54,413 nucleotides of DNA from an uncultured Candidatus Pelagibacter sp. (GCA_905612505.1 CAJQSH010000031.1:1-54413); one strand, 5' to 3'; numbered from the stretch's first letter, positions 9,595-19,929 are shown. Program-made: numbers and translations. Notes: a model not told the origin generated them from the letters alone.

Positions 9595-11532
9595 CTACTG
9601 ACATGATAGGCACTCCTCATATTCTGTTTGTTCAGTTTTTTGTGACTTTGATTTATAAACATTGGCGGTAACATCTGTTGCTGTAGTATCGTTAACATTT
9701 TCAGCACGTTGGATCGATTTTGACCTGCAATAATAAAGACTCTTTAAACCTTTTTTCCAAGCATCAAAATGAATTCTATGTAGTTCTTTTTTATGAATAT
9801 CTGCTGGTACAAATAAGTTAATTGATTGAGCTTGAGATATATAAGGTGTTCTATCACCACTTAATTCAATAATCCATTTTTGGTCTAGTTCAAATGCCGT
9901 TTTAAAAACATCTCTTTCTAAGTCTGTTAAAAAACCCAAATGAGAAACAGAACCTTGACTTGTTGTAATACCAGACCATATTTCTTCTGTATTTTTTCCA
10001 TGTTTTTCTAATAACTCAGCTAAATATCTATTTCTAACATTGAAAGATCCTGACAAAGTTTTATGGGTGTAGCTGTTAGCTGCTACCGGCTCCACTCCTG
10101 GTGAGGCTCCACCACAAATAATTGAAATAGAAGCTGTCGGTGCAATAGCTGTTTTGTTAGAAAATCTTTCATTATAACCATAGTCTGCTGCATCAGGACA
10201 AGGTCCTCTCTCATCAGCTAAATTTTTAGATGCTTGATCAACATTTTCTTGAATGTGTTTAAATATTTTTTTATTCCAAACTTTACTCATCACTGACTCA
10301 AGTGGAATGTTATGTTTTTGTAAATAAGAATGGAAACCCATAACACCTAAACCAACACTTCTTTCTTTTTCAGCAGAATATTTTGCATCATTAAATTGTT
10401 CGGGCGCTCTATTAATAAAATCACTTAATACGTTATCTAAAAATCTCATAACGTCATTAATCATCATTTTATCATCTTTCCACTCGTCATATTTTTCTAA
10501 ATTTAAAGAAGACAAACAACAAACGGCTGTTCTATCTCTTCCGTTTTTATCTATTCCTGTAGGTAGAGTTATTTCACTACATAAATTAGAAGTTTTAACA
10601 GTTAGGTTTGCAAGCTTGTGATGTTGTGGAATCTGTCTATTAACAGTATCGATAAAAATAATATAAGGTTCACCAGTTTCAATTCTTGCAGTTAATAATC
10701 TGATCCATAAATTTCTTGCAGAGATTGTTTGTTGTACCGTTCCATCAGCAGGACTTTTTAATGCCCACTGTTCATCCGTTTCAACGGCTCTCATAAAAGC
10801 ATCTGTTACTAAAACTCCATGATGAAGGTTTAATGCTTTTCTATTTGGGTCACCACCTGTTGGTCTTCTCATTTCAATAAATTCTTCGATTTCTGGATGA
10901 TCAATTGGCAGATAGCATGCGGCAGACCCTCTTCTTAGCGATCCTTGGCTTATTGCCATTGTTAAAGAATCCATAACTTTAATGAATGGAATTATTCCAG
11001 AAGTCTTTCCAACTTTACCAATTTTTTCACCTATAGATCTAAGGTTACCCCAGTAGCTTCCAATGCCACCGCCTTTTGCTGCTAACCAAACATTTTCACT
11101 CCACAAATCAAGTATTCCACTTAAACTATCTGATGCTTCGTTTAAAAAACATGAAATCGGTAGCCCTCTTTTTGTTCCACCATTTGATAAAATTGGTGTT
11201 GCCGGCATAAACCATAAATTACTTATGTAGTTATAAATTCTTTGAGCATGTAAATTGTCGTCTGCGTATGAGCTTGCAACACGGGCAAATAAATCCTGAA
11301 AAGATTCATTTTGACCTAAATATCTGTCTTTTAATGTGGCCTTACCAAAGTCAGTTAAATTTGCATCTCTAGATCTATCAATCTTAATAATTATCCCTTT
11401 TTCATTCTGGAATAATTCTGTTTCATTACATAACGAGAATAAATCTGGTCTTTTTTCTTTAGTTAATTTGGAGTTGTCAGGGCTATATTCGGCGACAGCT
11501 TTCTTAAGTGCCTGTGATAGAATTTTATTCAT
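9595..11532 (-). CDS. nrdA: Ribonucleoside-diphosphate reductase class Ia, alpha subunit (no obvious ATP cone)
   Basis: ATPILSN, ISCFL, SNLCSEI, AIAPTASIS, KSLYY, C-terminal CLSCQ. Confidence 0.97.
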   Translation of the reverse strand: MNKILSQALKKAVAEYSPDNSKLTKEKRPDLFSLCNETELFQNEKGIIIKIDRSRDANLTDFGKATLKDRYLGQNESFQDLFARVASSYADDNLHAQRIYNYISNLWFMPATPILSNGGTKRGLPISCFLNEASDSLSGILDLWSENVWLAAKGGGIGSYWGNLRSIGEKIGKVGKTSGIIPFIKVMDSLTMAISQGSLRRGSAACYLPIDHPEIEEFIEMRRPTGGDPNRKALNLHHGVLVTDAFMRAVETDEQWALKSPADGTVQQTISARNLWIRLLTARIETGEPYIIFIDTVNRQIPQHHKLANLTVKTSNLCSEITLPTGIDKNGRDRTAVCCLSSLNLEKYDEWKDDKMMINDVMRFLDNVLSDFINRAPEQFNDAKYSAEKERSVGLGVMGFHSYLQKHNIPLESVMSKVWNKKIFKHIQENVDQASKNLADERGPCPDAADYGYNERFSNKTAIAPTASISIICGGASPGVEPVAANSYTHKTLSGSFNVRNRYLAELLEKHGKNTEEIWSGITTSQGSVSHLGFLTDLERDVFKTAFELDQKWIIELSGDRTPYISQAQSINLFVPADIHKKELHRIHFDAWKKGLKSLYYCRSKSIQRAENVNDTTATDVTANVYKSKSQKTEQTEYEECLSCQ

Positions 11533-11565
11533 ATGTTTGTTTTATTTATGTTATTTTACATAAAA

Positions 11566-11612
11566 CAACTATATGTTGTATGTAATAAGTGTTGATACAC
11601 TATATAAATCAT
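11566..11612. promoter_or_regulatory. Tandem NrdR-box-like sites upstream of nrdA
   Basis: caaCTATATGTTGtat (11566-11581) fits the CwAtATaTwG core; a weaker acaCTATATaaatcat lies 31 bp away (11597-11612), typical NrdR spacing. Confidence 0.6.
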
Positions 11613-11621
11613 AAATCAAGA

Positions 11622-11636
11622 GAACATATATAGAAC
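11622..11636. promoter_or_regulatory. Alphaproteobacterial LexA (SOS) box
   Basis: GAAC-atatata-GAAC (GAAC-N7-GAAC) in the nrdA/phosphomannomutase divergent spacer. Confidence 0.6.
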
Positions 11637-11689
11637 AAATGAAAAAAAAATCAATAAAAAAATTAAAATAAATGTAAGAAACATAAGTA

Positions 11690-13144
11690 ATGACTGCAAA
11701 ATTAAAAATAGATCCCTATGGATTCAGAGAATATGACGCGAGATGGGTGTATGAGAAAGACATAAACCAACTAGGAATAGAGAATCTAGGAAAAGGTTTA
11801 GGTACTCAAATCATAAAACATATCAAAAAAAATAACCCAAGGGTAATTGTTGGTCATGATTATAGGTCTTACAGTGAAGAAATTAAAGCTGCACTTAAAA
11901 AGGGACTACTTTCGACAGGATGCAATATTGAAGATATAGGTTTGTCATTATCCCCTACAGTTTATTTTGCACAATTTAATTTAGATGCAGATGCTGTTGC
12001 AATGGTTACTGCAAGTCATAATGAGAATGGATGGACTGGTGTTAAAATGGGTATCAAAAAAGGTTTAACACATGGACCAGAAGAAATGAAAGAGTTAAAA
12101 GACATTACGTTAAATAAAAATTTTATTGAAGGGCAAGGAAGTGAAAAACAAATAGATGGTTTTCAAAAAATTTATAAAGATGATTTAATTAATAAGAATA
12201 AAATTAAGAAAAAAATTAAAGTCGTTGTTGCCTGTGGAAATGGAACAGCAGGAATATTTGCACCAGATATCTTAAGAGGTATTGGTTGTGATGTTATAGA
12301 GTTAGATTGTAAATTAGATTGGAACTTTCCAAAATATAATCCTAATCCTGAAGATTTAAAAATGCTTCATGAAATAAGTAAAGCTGTAAAAATTAACAAT
12401 GCCGATATAGGTTTTGGTTTTGATGGTGATGGAGATAGAGTTGGCGTTATAGATAATAAAGGTAATGAAATCTATTCAGATAAAATTGGATTGTTAATTG
12501 CGAGAAATTTATCAACCACTCATAAAAACTCTAAGTTTGTGGTTGATGTTAAATCAACTGGATTATACTCAAAAGACAGAGTGTTATTAGAAAATAACTG
12601 TGAAACTATTTACTGGAAAACAGGTCACTCTCATATCAAAAGAAAAGTTAACACAGAAAATGCTTTAGCTGGTTTTGAAAAAAGTGGTCATTTTTTTTTT
12701 AATCAGCCTTTAGGCTTAGGTTATGATGATGGAATTAATTCAGCAATTCAAGTTTGTCACTTATTAGATAATCAAAATAAAATGATGAACGAAATTATAA
12801 ATGAATTACCTAATACTTTTCAAACACCCACTATGGCACCTTTTTGCAAAGATGAAGAAAAATATCAAGTGGTTGAAGGCTTAGTAAAACTAGTTACGGA
12901 AATTAAAAATAATAAAATGAAGATTGATGGGCAAGAAATCATAGAAATTTTAACAGTAAATGGTATTAGGTTTTCTTTTGAAGATGGTTCATGGGGGTTA
13001 ATTAGAGCATCATCAAATAAGCCTTCATTAGTGGTTGTTACTGAAAGCCCTACTTCAGATGAAAGAAAGAAAAAAATATTTGACTTTATTGATGATCTGC
13101 TTAAAAAAACTGAGAAGGTTGGTGAATACGATCAAAAAATTTAA
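11690..13144 (+). CDS. Phosphomannomutase/phosphoglucomutase
   Basis: FREYDAR, VTASHN phosphoserine loop, FDGDGDR metal loop, GFEKSGH. Confidence 0.95.
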   Translation: MTAKLKIDPYGFREYDARWVYEKDINQLGIENLGKGLGTQIIKHIKKNNPRVIVGHDYRSYSEEIKAALKKGLLSTGCNIEDIGLSLSPTVYFAQFNLDADAVAMVTASHNENGWTGVKMGIKKGLTHGPEEMKELKDITLNKNFIEGQGSEKQIDGFQKIYKDDLINKNKIKKKIKVVVACGNGTAGIFAPDILRGIGCDVIELDCKLDWNFPKYNPNPEDLKMLHEISKAVKINNADIGFGFDGDGDRVGVIDNKGNEIYSDKIGLLIARNLSTTHKNSKFVVDVKSTGLYSKDRVLLENNCETIYWKTGHSHIKRKVNTENALAGFEKSGHFFFNQPLGLGYDDGINSAIQVCHLLDNQNKMMNEIINELPNTFQTPTMAPFCKDEEKYQVVEGLVKLVTEIKNNKMKIDGQEIIEILTVNGIRFSFEDGSWGLIRASSNKPSLVVVTESPTSDERKKKIFDFIDDLLKKTEKVGEYDQKI

Positions 13145-13433
13145 AATTCTATTAATCCTAATCTTGCTCTTTTCTTCTAAAAGTTTTGCTTTTAGCCCAG
13201 AGTATGGGAGGGAAATGTATATAGGGTGTTATGGAAACTCTAAACAGTACCTAGGTTCAGATAGAGCAAAAGAGTACTGTTTATGTACAATTAGTAAGCT
13301 TAGTGAAAAGTATTCAGATGAAGAAATAAGTCTAGTCTTTAAAAAAAAACCTAAAGAAATAATGAAATTAACTGAATTTGCAGCAATTCATTGTGAAAAA
13401 AATAAAGCTACAGTAAGTGAAAAAACTTTTTAG
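13122..13433 (+). CDS. Small exported hypothetical protein (four Cys)
   Basis: Likely GTG start at 13122; signal peptide ending SFA, then YIGC...YCLC...HCE. Confidence 0.7.
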   Translation: MNTIKKFKILLILILLFSSKSFAFSPEYGREMYIGCYGNSKQYLGSDRAKEYCLCTISKLSEKYSDEEISLVFKKKPKEIMKLTEFAAIHCEKNKATVSEKTF

Positions 13434-13465
13434 GATCATAAAAAAAATAACTAACAACTAAAAAT

Positions 13466-13558
13466 ATGATAAAGTCTCATGATTATGTTTCTTTATATCT
13501 ATTAGTTATAGTTTTAACTGTAGTTTCGGTAAATTTTATATATCATTTATATTTCTAA
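13466..13558 (+). CDS. Possible 30-aa single-pass membrane peptide
   Basis: MIKSHDYVSLYLLVIVLTVVSVNFIYHLYF* fills the intergenic gap. Confidence 0.3.
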   Translation: MIKSHDYVSLYLLVIVLTVVSVNFIYHLYF

Positions 13559-13567
13559 AAATTAAAT

Positions 13568-14056
13568 CTAGTTAGGTTTGGTCCAATATCCATAAACGCA
13601 TCTTGTCCCACTTCTAGAGCAATCATAAATATCGTGAAGAACTCCGTCTTTAACGACTGTTATATGTTTTGAACAAGATACTATTAAAGAGCCATTTGGT
13701 AATTCACCTTTCTTTAAATGAATCTTGCAACCTTGACCAATAAACATTGTAGGTGTCCAATTCCAACCTAATTTTTTAAGATATTTCTTAAGAACTACGC
13801 GATGAGTACCGGTTCTGGGGCTATCATTTTTTTGCTTTAAACTTTTTGCTAGTTTAGTTCGGGATGTAGTTCTATAATCTTCGTTAGCTTTATATAAATC
13901 ATCATAGATTTTTTGATAAGGAAGACCTGTTACTATCGCTATAGATCTAACTACACAATCTCCAGTTTTACCTTTATATCCTGCTGCAGCTCTACCACCA
14001 TCATTTATTTTTAGTTCTAAATTACTTCTTGAGAATAATCTTTTAAAAAAACTCAC
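13568..14056 (-). CDS. Hypothetical protein with a possible Cys-His-Asp (papain/C39-like) catalytic core
   Basis: GDCVVRSIA ... KHITVVKDGVLHDIYDC ... VYGYW. Confidence 0.7.
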   Translation of the reverse strand: MSFFKRLFSRSNLELKINDGGRAAAGYKGKTGDCVVRSIAIVTGLPYQKIYDDLYKANEDYRTTSRTKLAKSLKQKNDSPRTGTHRVVLKKYLKKLGWNWTPTMFIGQGCKIHLKKGELPNGSLIVSCSKHITVVKDGVLHDIYDCSRSGTRCVYGYWTKPN

Positions 14057-14346
14057 GATTTAGTTTTATGATCGAGTATCTCAACCATGCATTGAGCTGC
14101 ATATTTACGCCATTCAATAGCTGTTTTATCTTTAAGGCTATTAAGGTGTTGTTTATTATTATCAATGTTTTGTTTATGTCTAATTTTATCAGTTTCTTCT
14201 AAATTATTGTTCATGTTGGTTAGGTTAGTTTCCATTGCTGTAATCCAACCATTTCCAAGCTCCACACATTTTCCATCATTCTTCTCATCACAAATTTGTT
14301 TAAAAAAATTAAAAATAACATCATCTGCTTTTATCTTTTTACTCAT
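14053..14346 (-). CDS. Hypothetical helical protein
   Basis: ORF coupled to both neighbours; probable start MSKK at 14346. Confidence 0.7.
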   Translation of the reverse strand: MSKKIKADDVIFNFFKQICDEKNDGKCVELGNGWITAMETNLTNMNNNLEETDKIRHKQNIDNNKQHLNSLKDKTAIEWRKYAAQCMVEILDHKTKS

Positions 14347-14347
14347 C

Positions 14348-14992
14348 TTATCTTCCAAAAATACCTAATTTAACATCGTAATCAACTGCAATTCCATAGT
14401 CAGGATCATCATCACTATCAACAACAAGTTGGCCCGCTCTACTTAACAATTTATGACAGTCTCGTGTCAAATGTCTAAGCTTAACCTTTTTACCTAAACT
14501 ATTGTATTTATCAGCAATATCTACAATTGCTTTTAAAGCAGATTGATCAATTACTTTCGATCTCTCAAAATCAATAATGATTACTTCAGGGTCTTCTGAT
14601 GGTTTAAAAATTTCTAAAAAGCTATTAGTTGAACTGAAAAATAGTGGACCTTCTATTTCATAAACCTTTGCACCTTTTTCTCTAATAGATGGTCTTTCAA
14701 TAGCTCTTATTCTTGAAGCTGATTTCCATGCAAACACTAATGCCGATACAATCAATCCAACAATAAAAGCAGCATATAGCCCAGATAAAGGGGCAACTCC
14801 AGCAACAAAAGCAAAGGCAATAGCCTCCGGCACTAAGGCCAAAGCAACTGTTAATCCTGATAAAATTTCAATTCTAAATAATGAAAAAGACGCCCCTTCT
14901 TTAGGAATATAATTTTGTGTATTAAAACTAATAGATTTTGCAACGCCTAAAAGTACTTTTGATGGGTCTATTTTTTTTTTCAATTTATACAT
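14348..14992 (-). pseudogene. SulP-family anion transporter with in-frame deletion of most of the transmembrane core; STAS domain retained
   Basis: SulP N-terminal motif GLTVALALVPEAIAFA...GLYAAF runs straight into the last helix (IVSALVFAWK) and STAS (YEIEGPLFF, IDQSAL); 214 aa, far shorter than a full SulP. Confidence 0.8.
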
Positions 14993-15024
14993 TGCAATTT
15001 TTGATTATTTTTTAATTAAACAAT

Positions 15025-16098
15025 TTATTTAAAATATTTTTTTCTTAAATTTGAAAAAAATCTTCTTATAAGAGCAGCAGATACACCTAAAGTTACTGCA
15101 AAAGTAATTGAAAACAGTCCATATAAAATTGGCACTTCTGTTGAAAGTTTTTTAATAAACATAGATAGAGGGTTTAATTTATTAGTATCAATTTTATTTA
15201 TTTCTTTAGCAATTTCTTCAGAAAAAAAAGTATCATAAGCAATAGCTATACCAACAAGAAGTAAAAGAATTGCTAAAAGTGTTTTTAAACCAGTGCTATC
15301 TATAGACTCACCAATTTTTTGTCCACATTGAACCCCTACAATAGAACCTGTAACTAACATAAATACTAAGATTAAATCAATAGAGCCGTAATTAAAAGCA
15401 TGAAGAAATGTAACAATTACACTTACAAAAATAGTTACAAATAATGAAGTGCCAGGAATTAACTTTGTTGGCATTCCAATGATATAAATCATTGCTGGAA
15501 CTAAAATAAAAGCGCCACCTATTCCCATTATGGCCGCAATAAAACCAACTATTAAACCAATAATGATTGGTGTGAAGGCACTTTCGTATAGTTTAGATTT
15601 TTGAAAACGTATTCTTAGAGGAAGACCATGTATCCAATAATGAACATGTAATTTTTTCTTAGTAAAAATTTTTTTTCTTGCTTTGTCTATTTCACCAAGG
15701 CCTTCAACTAACATAGCGGTTCCTATAATTGCAAGGATGTACATGTAAGCTAATGAAATAACGATATCTATTTTTCCAATTTCTTTAAAATATGTAAAAG
15801 TCCAAATCCCAAATAATGTTCCAAAAATTCCACCTATCACAATCATCATTCCCATTTTGTAATCTAAAGTATTTTTTAAATAATGAGTCGTTGAACCTGA
15901 AACAGATGTTGCAAGAATATTGTTTGCTTCATTGGCTACTGCATATGTTGGGGGCACACCTAAAAATATTAAGAATGGTGTCATAAGGAAACCGCCACCT
16001 ACACCAAACAACCCTGAAAGAACTCCAATTATTGCACTGAGAGAAAAGATTGCAACGATGTTTACTGATACTTCTGCAATAGGTAGAAAAATTTCCAT
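15025..16098 (-). CDS. Sulfite exporter TauE/SafE family protein
   Basis: SGLFGVGGGFLMTP and MGIGGAFILVP repeats, GTSLF. Confidence 0.9.
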   Translation of the reverse strand: MEIFLPIAEVSVNIVAIFSLSAIIGVLSGLFGVGGGFLMTPFLIFLGVPPTYAVANEANNILATSVSGSTTHYLKNTLDYKMGMMIVIGGIFGTLFGIWTFTYFKEIGKIDIVISLAYMYILAIIGTAMLVEGLGEIDKARKKIFTKKKLHVHYWIHGLPLRIRFQKSKLYESAFTPIIIGLIVGFIAAIMGIGGAFILVPAMIYIIGMPTKLIPGTSLFVTIFVSVIVTFLHAFNYGSIDLILVFMLVTGSIVGVQCGQKIGESIDSTGLKTLLAILLLLVGIAIAYDTFFSEEIAKEINKIDTNKLNPLSMFIKKLSTEVPILYGLFSITFAVTLGVSAALIRRFFSNLRKKYFK

Positions 16099-16178
16099 AA
16101 ATGTATTATTAAGTAAATATTACTCTAATATATTGATGTCAATAAATAGATAGATTGATAAAATAATTAATACAAAAA

Positions 16179-17480
16179 TTAAATTTCTGACTTTGCTATA
16201 AAACGTTCATACATTAATCTTGTTCTTATGCCTAAGTTTAAAAACGGTTGAGGTACTAACCAAGTTGGTTTTTTTCTAGCCTCAATAGTTTCCATTTCAG
16301 GTGTACTTTCATTGCTCGCTTTAATGGCAATTTGCTCACCAAATAAAGTAGCTACTCCAATACCGGATCCATTATAACATCCAGCTACATAGACATTATT
16401 ATCAATTATATCAAAAATTTGAGAGCTATTCCTACTTCTTGATACTACACCAGACCAACTTGATTCAATTATATCGCTTGGGAGTTGGGGAAATCTTTTT
16501 TTAATGCCAATGTGTTGTTTGATAGATCTTTTCTTAAGATCAAATTCTGACATCTTAAAGGGATTAAAAATTTCAGCGGTATTTCTTATTAAGATTCTTC
16601 TATTTTTAGTCATTCGAACTGTGGCACCCATTGGTTTAACAGGTAAAACTCCCCATTCATTTGGTTGTCCAATAGATTTAAATTCACTTTCAGTTAATGC
16701 TCTCGTCATACTTGCTGTTAATGTTATCGGAAAATTATAATTAGTTTTAATGGCTAGAGATTTTAAAAATGCATTAGTGCAAAAAATAATTTTATTTGTA
16801 TTAATGTTAGCATTTTTAAATTTACAAAAAATAGTATCAACATTTTTTTCCCATTCAAGTAATGAAGAGTTTTCAAATAATTCAACATTGCTTGACAGTG
16901 CATCAATCATCGCTCTTGCAAGCTTTCCTGGGTGAAGTAATACTCCACCATTAGTATAAAGAGCTAAATTATAAAAATTAGTGCCTAATCTTTTTTTTAA
17001 ATCTGCTTGGGAAAATAAATTGTATTGAAATCCTAATTTTGTAAGTGTGTTTCCAAAATTAATTAAATGAATTTCATCATTGCTTTTAGATGATGCAAAA
17101 TACTTACCTGAGTCATTCCAATCACAATCTACTTGGTATTCTTTTATAAATCTTTTTACAGTTTGGATTCCTAATTTATAGATATCAGTTTTTTTTTTAT
17201 AATTTTTTAATTCCTTATTAGATGTAAATCCATCATTAAGTGTAGTATCAACTAAATAACCAGAATTTCTTCCACTAGCACCCTCTCCTGCTAACTGAGC
17301 ATCAACTAATATTATTTTTTTGTTTGGGTGTAATTGCCCAAGTTTTCTTGCAGCAGATAACCCTGTATAACCTGCTCCTACTATTAACCAATCACACGAC
17401 ATACTTTTCTTGAGAGTTTTTATATTATTTCGTAAAGATAGATCGTTAATCCATGAACATGTTTTGTCATTAATAATCAT
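16179..17480 (-). CDS. FAD-dependent oxidoreductase (DadA/PuuB-like)
   Basis: IVGAGYTGL, GASGRNSG, GCYNGSGI. Confidence 0.9.
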   Translation of the reverse strand: MIINDKTCSWINDLSLRNNIKTLKKSMSCDWLIVGAGYTGLSAARKLGQLHPNKKIILVDAQLAGEGASGRNSGYLVDTTLNDGFTSNKELKNYKKKTDIYKLGIQTVKRFIKEYQVDCDWNDSGKYFASSKSNDEIHLINFGNTLTKLGFQYNLFSQADLKKRLGTNFYNLALYTNGGVLLHPGKLARAMIDALSSNVELFENSSLLEWEKNVDTIFCKFKNANINTNKIIFCTNAFLKSLAIKTNYNFPITLTASMTRALTESEFKSIGQPNEWGVLPVKPMGATVRMTKNRRILIRNTAEIFNPFKMSEFDLKKRSIKQHIGIKKRFPQLPSDIIESSWSGVVSRSRNSSQIFDIIDNNVYVAGCYNGSGIGVATLFGEQIAIKASNESTPEMETIEARKKPTWLVPQPFLNLGIRTRLMYERFIAKSEI

Positions 17481-17506
17481 AAGTTATTATTAAAAAAAAA
17501 TAAGTA

Positions 17507-19345
17507 TTAATCTAACTCAAACTCTTTCGAATAATCTTTTTTTAAGGATAGATCTTGTTTGCTTTTTTCTAAATAACAATTGCCAATTACTAATTTGTCT
17601 AATTCTGTGCCCATAAAACAATTAAAAGCATCTGTAGGCGTGTTTACAATTGGTTCGCCCCTCACATTAAAAGATGTATTCACAATCACGGGACAATTTG
17701 TTTTTTCTTTAAACTTTTTTATCAATTCAAAATATCTTTTATTTGTTTCTTTGTGTACTGTTTGAATTCTTGCTGAATAATCAACATGAGTAACAGCTGG
17801 TATTTCTGACCTTTTAATATTTAGTTTTTCAATTCCAAATAATTTTTTTTGCTCATCATTCATTTTAATAATTTTTTTTGTCTTTATGCTAGCAACCATA
17901 AGCATATAAGGACTATCCTCATTAATTTCAAACCACTCGGATAGATCTTCTCTTAATATTGAGGGAGCAAATGGTCTAAAACTTTCTCTATATTTAACTT
18001 TTAAATTCAAATTTTTTTGCATATCTGTTGATCTAGCATCACCTAAAATTGATCTTGCTCCCAATGCACGTGGCCCAAATTCCATTCTTCCTTGAAACCA
18101 ACCTATGGCCTCACCTAAAGATAAGTCTGATGCAGTTTTATTAATTAAATCATCTTCTTTTAAAATCTCAAACTTAGCTCGATTTACTGTTAGTTCGTCT
18201 TCAATTTCTTTTTGGCTATATTCGGGTCCTAAATAAGAACCTTGCATATCATCATTTAAACTAACTATTCTTGGATTATTTTGTTCAATATGCCAAAGTG
18301 CTAAGGCTGCACCTAAAGAACCTCCAGCATCTCCTGATGCCGGTTGAACCCAAATATTATCAAATATTTTTTCTTTTAATATTTTGCCATTTGCGACACA
18401 ATTAAGAGCAACACCACCTGCCAAACACAAATTTGATAAGCCGAATTCTTTTTTTAAAGATTTGGCTAACTTTATCATTATATCTTCAGTTACTTTCTGT
18501 ATTGAAGAAGCAATATCCATGTGAAATTTTGTTAATTGATCTTTTTTTGGGTCACGAGGCTTTTGACCAAAAAGATTATTAAATTTTTTATTCGTCATTG
18601 TTAACCCAGTTGCATAATTAAAATATTTTTGTTCTAATCTAAAACTCCCATCTTTCTTAATATCAATTAAGTTATTTATAATTTTATCCACATATATTGG
18701 AGAACCATATGGAGCCAAACCCATTAACTTATATTCACCGCTATTGACCTTGAAGCCTGTATAGTAAGTGAATGCGGAGTAAAGCAATCCAAGAGAGTGT
18801 GGGAAATGAATTTCTTTTTTTATATCAAGATTATTATCATTTCCAATAGCAACAGTTGTCGTTGCCCATTCACCGACACCATCAGCTGTTAAAACTATCG
18901 CTTTTTTAAATGGAGAAGGAAAAAAAGCACTTGCAGCATGACTTAAGTGATGATCCGAAAAGTATATTTTATTCTCATCGTTAAAATTTTTATCATGTTC
19001 TTTTAACTCGTTAAAAAGCATTTTTTTTTGAAACAATTTATCTTTTAACCAAATTGGCATTGCTTTGCAGAAAGATCCAAATCCCTTTGGTGCAAAAGCT
19101 ACATAAGTTTCTAATAACCTTTCAAATTTTAAAAAAGGCTTTTCAAAAAAAATAATTTGATCGATGTCAGATAATTTCAATTTTGCATACTTTAATACAA
19201 AGTTAATTGCATTAAATGGGTAGCTTGCATCATGTTTTTTTCTGGTAAATCTTTCTTCTTGGGCGGCTGCAATAATTTTACCATCAACGATAATGCTTGC
19301 GGCACTATCGTGATAAAATGCTGAAATTCCTAAAATTGATTTCAT
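17507..19345 (-). CDS. Carbamoyltransferase (NodU/CmcH, SxtI-like)
   Basis: ISAFYHDSAA, AQEERF, HHLSHAASAF, EYKLMGLAPYG, EFGPRALGARS, NTSFNVRGEPIV. Confidence 0.95.
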   Translation of the reverse strand: MKSILGISAFYHDSAASIIVDGKIIAAAQEERFTRKKHDASYPFNAINFVLKYAKLKLSDIDQIIFFEKPFLKFERLLETYVAFAPKGFGSFCKAMPIWLKDKLFQKKMLFNELKEHDKNFNDENKIYFSDHHLSHAASAFFPSPFKKAIVLTADGVGEWATTTVAIGNDNNLDIKKEIHFPHSLGLLYSAFTYYTGFKVNSGEYKLMGLAPYGSPIYVDKIINNLIDIKKDGSFRLEQKYFNYATGLTMTNKKFNNLFGQKPRDPKKDQLTKFHMDIASSIQKVTEDIMIKLAKSLKKEFGLSNLCLAGGVALNCVANGKILKEKIFDNIWVQPASGDAGGSLGAALALWHIEQNNPRIVSLNDDMQGSYLGPEYSQKEIEDELTVNRAKFEILKEDDLINKTASDLSLGEAIGWFQGRMEFGPRALGARSILGDARSTDMQKNLNLKVKYRESFRPFAPSILREDLSEWFEINEDSPYMLMVASIKTKKIIKMNDEQKKLFGIEKLNIKRSEIPAVTHVDYSARIQTVHKETNKRYFELIKKFKEKTNCPVIVNTSFNVRGEPIVNTPTDAFNCFMGTELDKLVIGNCYLEKSKQDLSLKKDYSKEFELD

Positions 19346-19346
19346 A

Positions 19347-19496
19347 CTAAAAAAGTGTGTATATAAAAGGAGCTACTACTGATCCTTGACTTAAAATAAT
19401 CAATCCACCAAATAAAACAAGAACAATTAATATTGGTATTAACCAATATTTTTTTCTGGATTTTAAAAACTCCAAAAATTCTATTAAAAAACTCAT
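19347..19496 (-). CDS. Small membrane protein, SxtK/DUF5989-like (49 aa, below ORF-track cutoff)
   Basis: MSFLIEFLEFLKSRKKYWLIPILIVLVLFGGLIILSQGSVVAPFIYTLF*; RKKYWL and APFIYTLF motifs; usual position before a carbamoyltransferase. Confidence 0.9.
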   Translation of the reverse strand: MSFLIEFLEFLKSRKKYWLIPILIVLVLFGGLIILSQGSVVAPFIYTLF

Positions 19497-19499
19497 AGT

Positions 19500-19883
19500 C
19501 TAAAACTGATTTTTCATTTTACTTTTTAACGGCGGTTTTTCAATCCAATAAGATTTATTGTCATTTTTTTTTAGATTTAACAAATCCTTACCCAATGCTT
19601 TCATTATAAGTGAAGTGGGTGTAACTACAGCAAAATAAACTATACCCATAACAATCGGGGACGCAAAATTACCAAGTAAGACACCAAATTTAAACCAAAT
19701 TTTATTCATAGGAGATAAAATCGGAGAGTTTAACAATCCTAAGATTAAAAAAATTATAGAAATAATTAATGACCAAATTCTAATGCCCTCTGCTTTAAAC
19801 AAGGGGTATAAAGCTACAACTAATAAAACTGTGAAAAAAACTAATCCAAAACTTCTATTGGTACCTATTGATTTATTATTCAT
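19500..19883 (-). CDS. SxtJ-family membrane protein
   Basis: NRSFGLVF, WFKFGVLLG, VVTP, SYWI, MKNQF C-terminus. Confidence 0.88.
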   Translation of the reverse strand: MNNKSIGTNRSFGLVFFTVLLVVALYPLFKAEGIRIWSLIISIIFLILGLLNSPILSPMNKIWFKFGVLLGNFASPIVMGIVYFAVVTPTSLIMKALGKDLLNLKKNDNKSYWIEKPPLKSKMKNQF

Positions 19884-19929
19884 ACAGAGTAAAATATTTA
19901 TACTATATAATAATTTTATCCATTTATAT

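Noticed and set aside
17507-19883. sxtI/J/K-like genes as evidence of saxitoxin synthesis
   Set aside because: The trio is widespread outside toxin clusters and no sxtA, sxtG or other core genes are in the window
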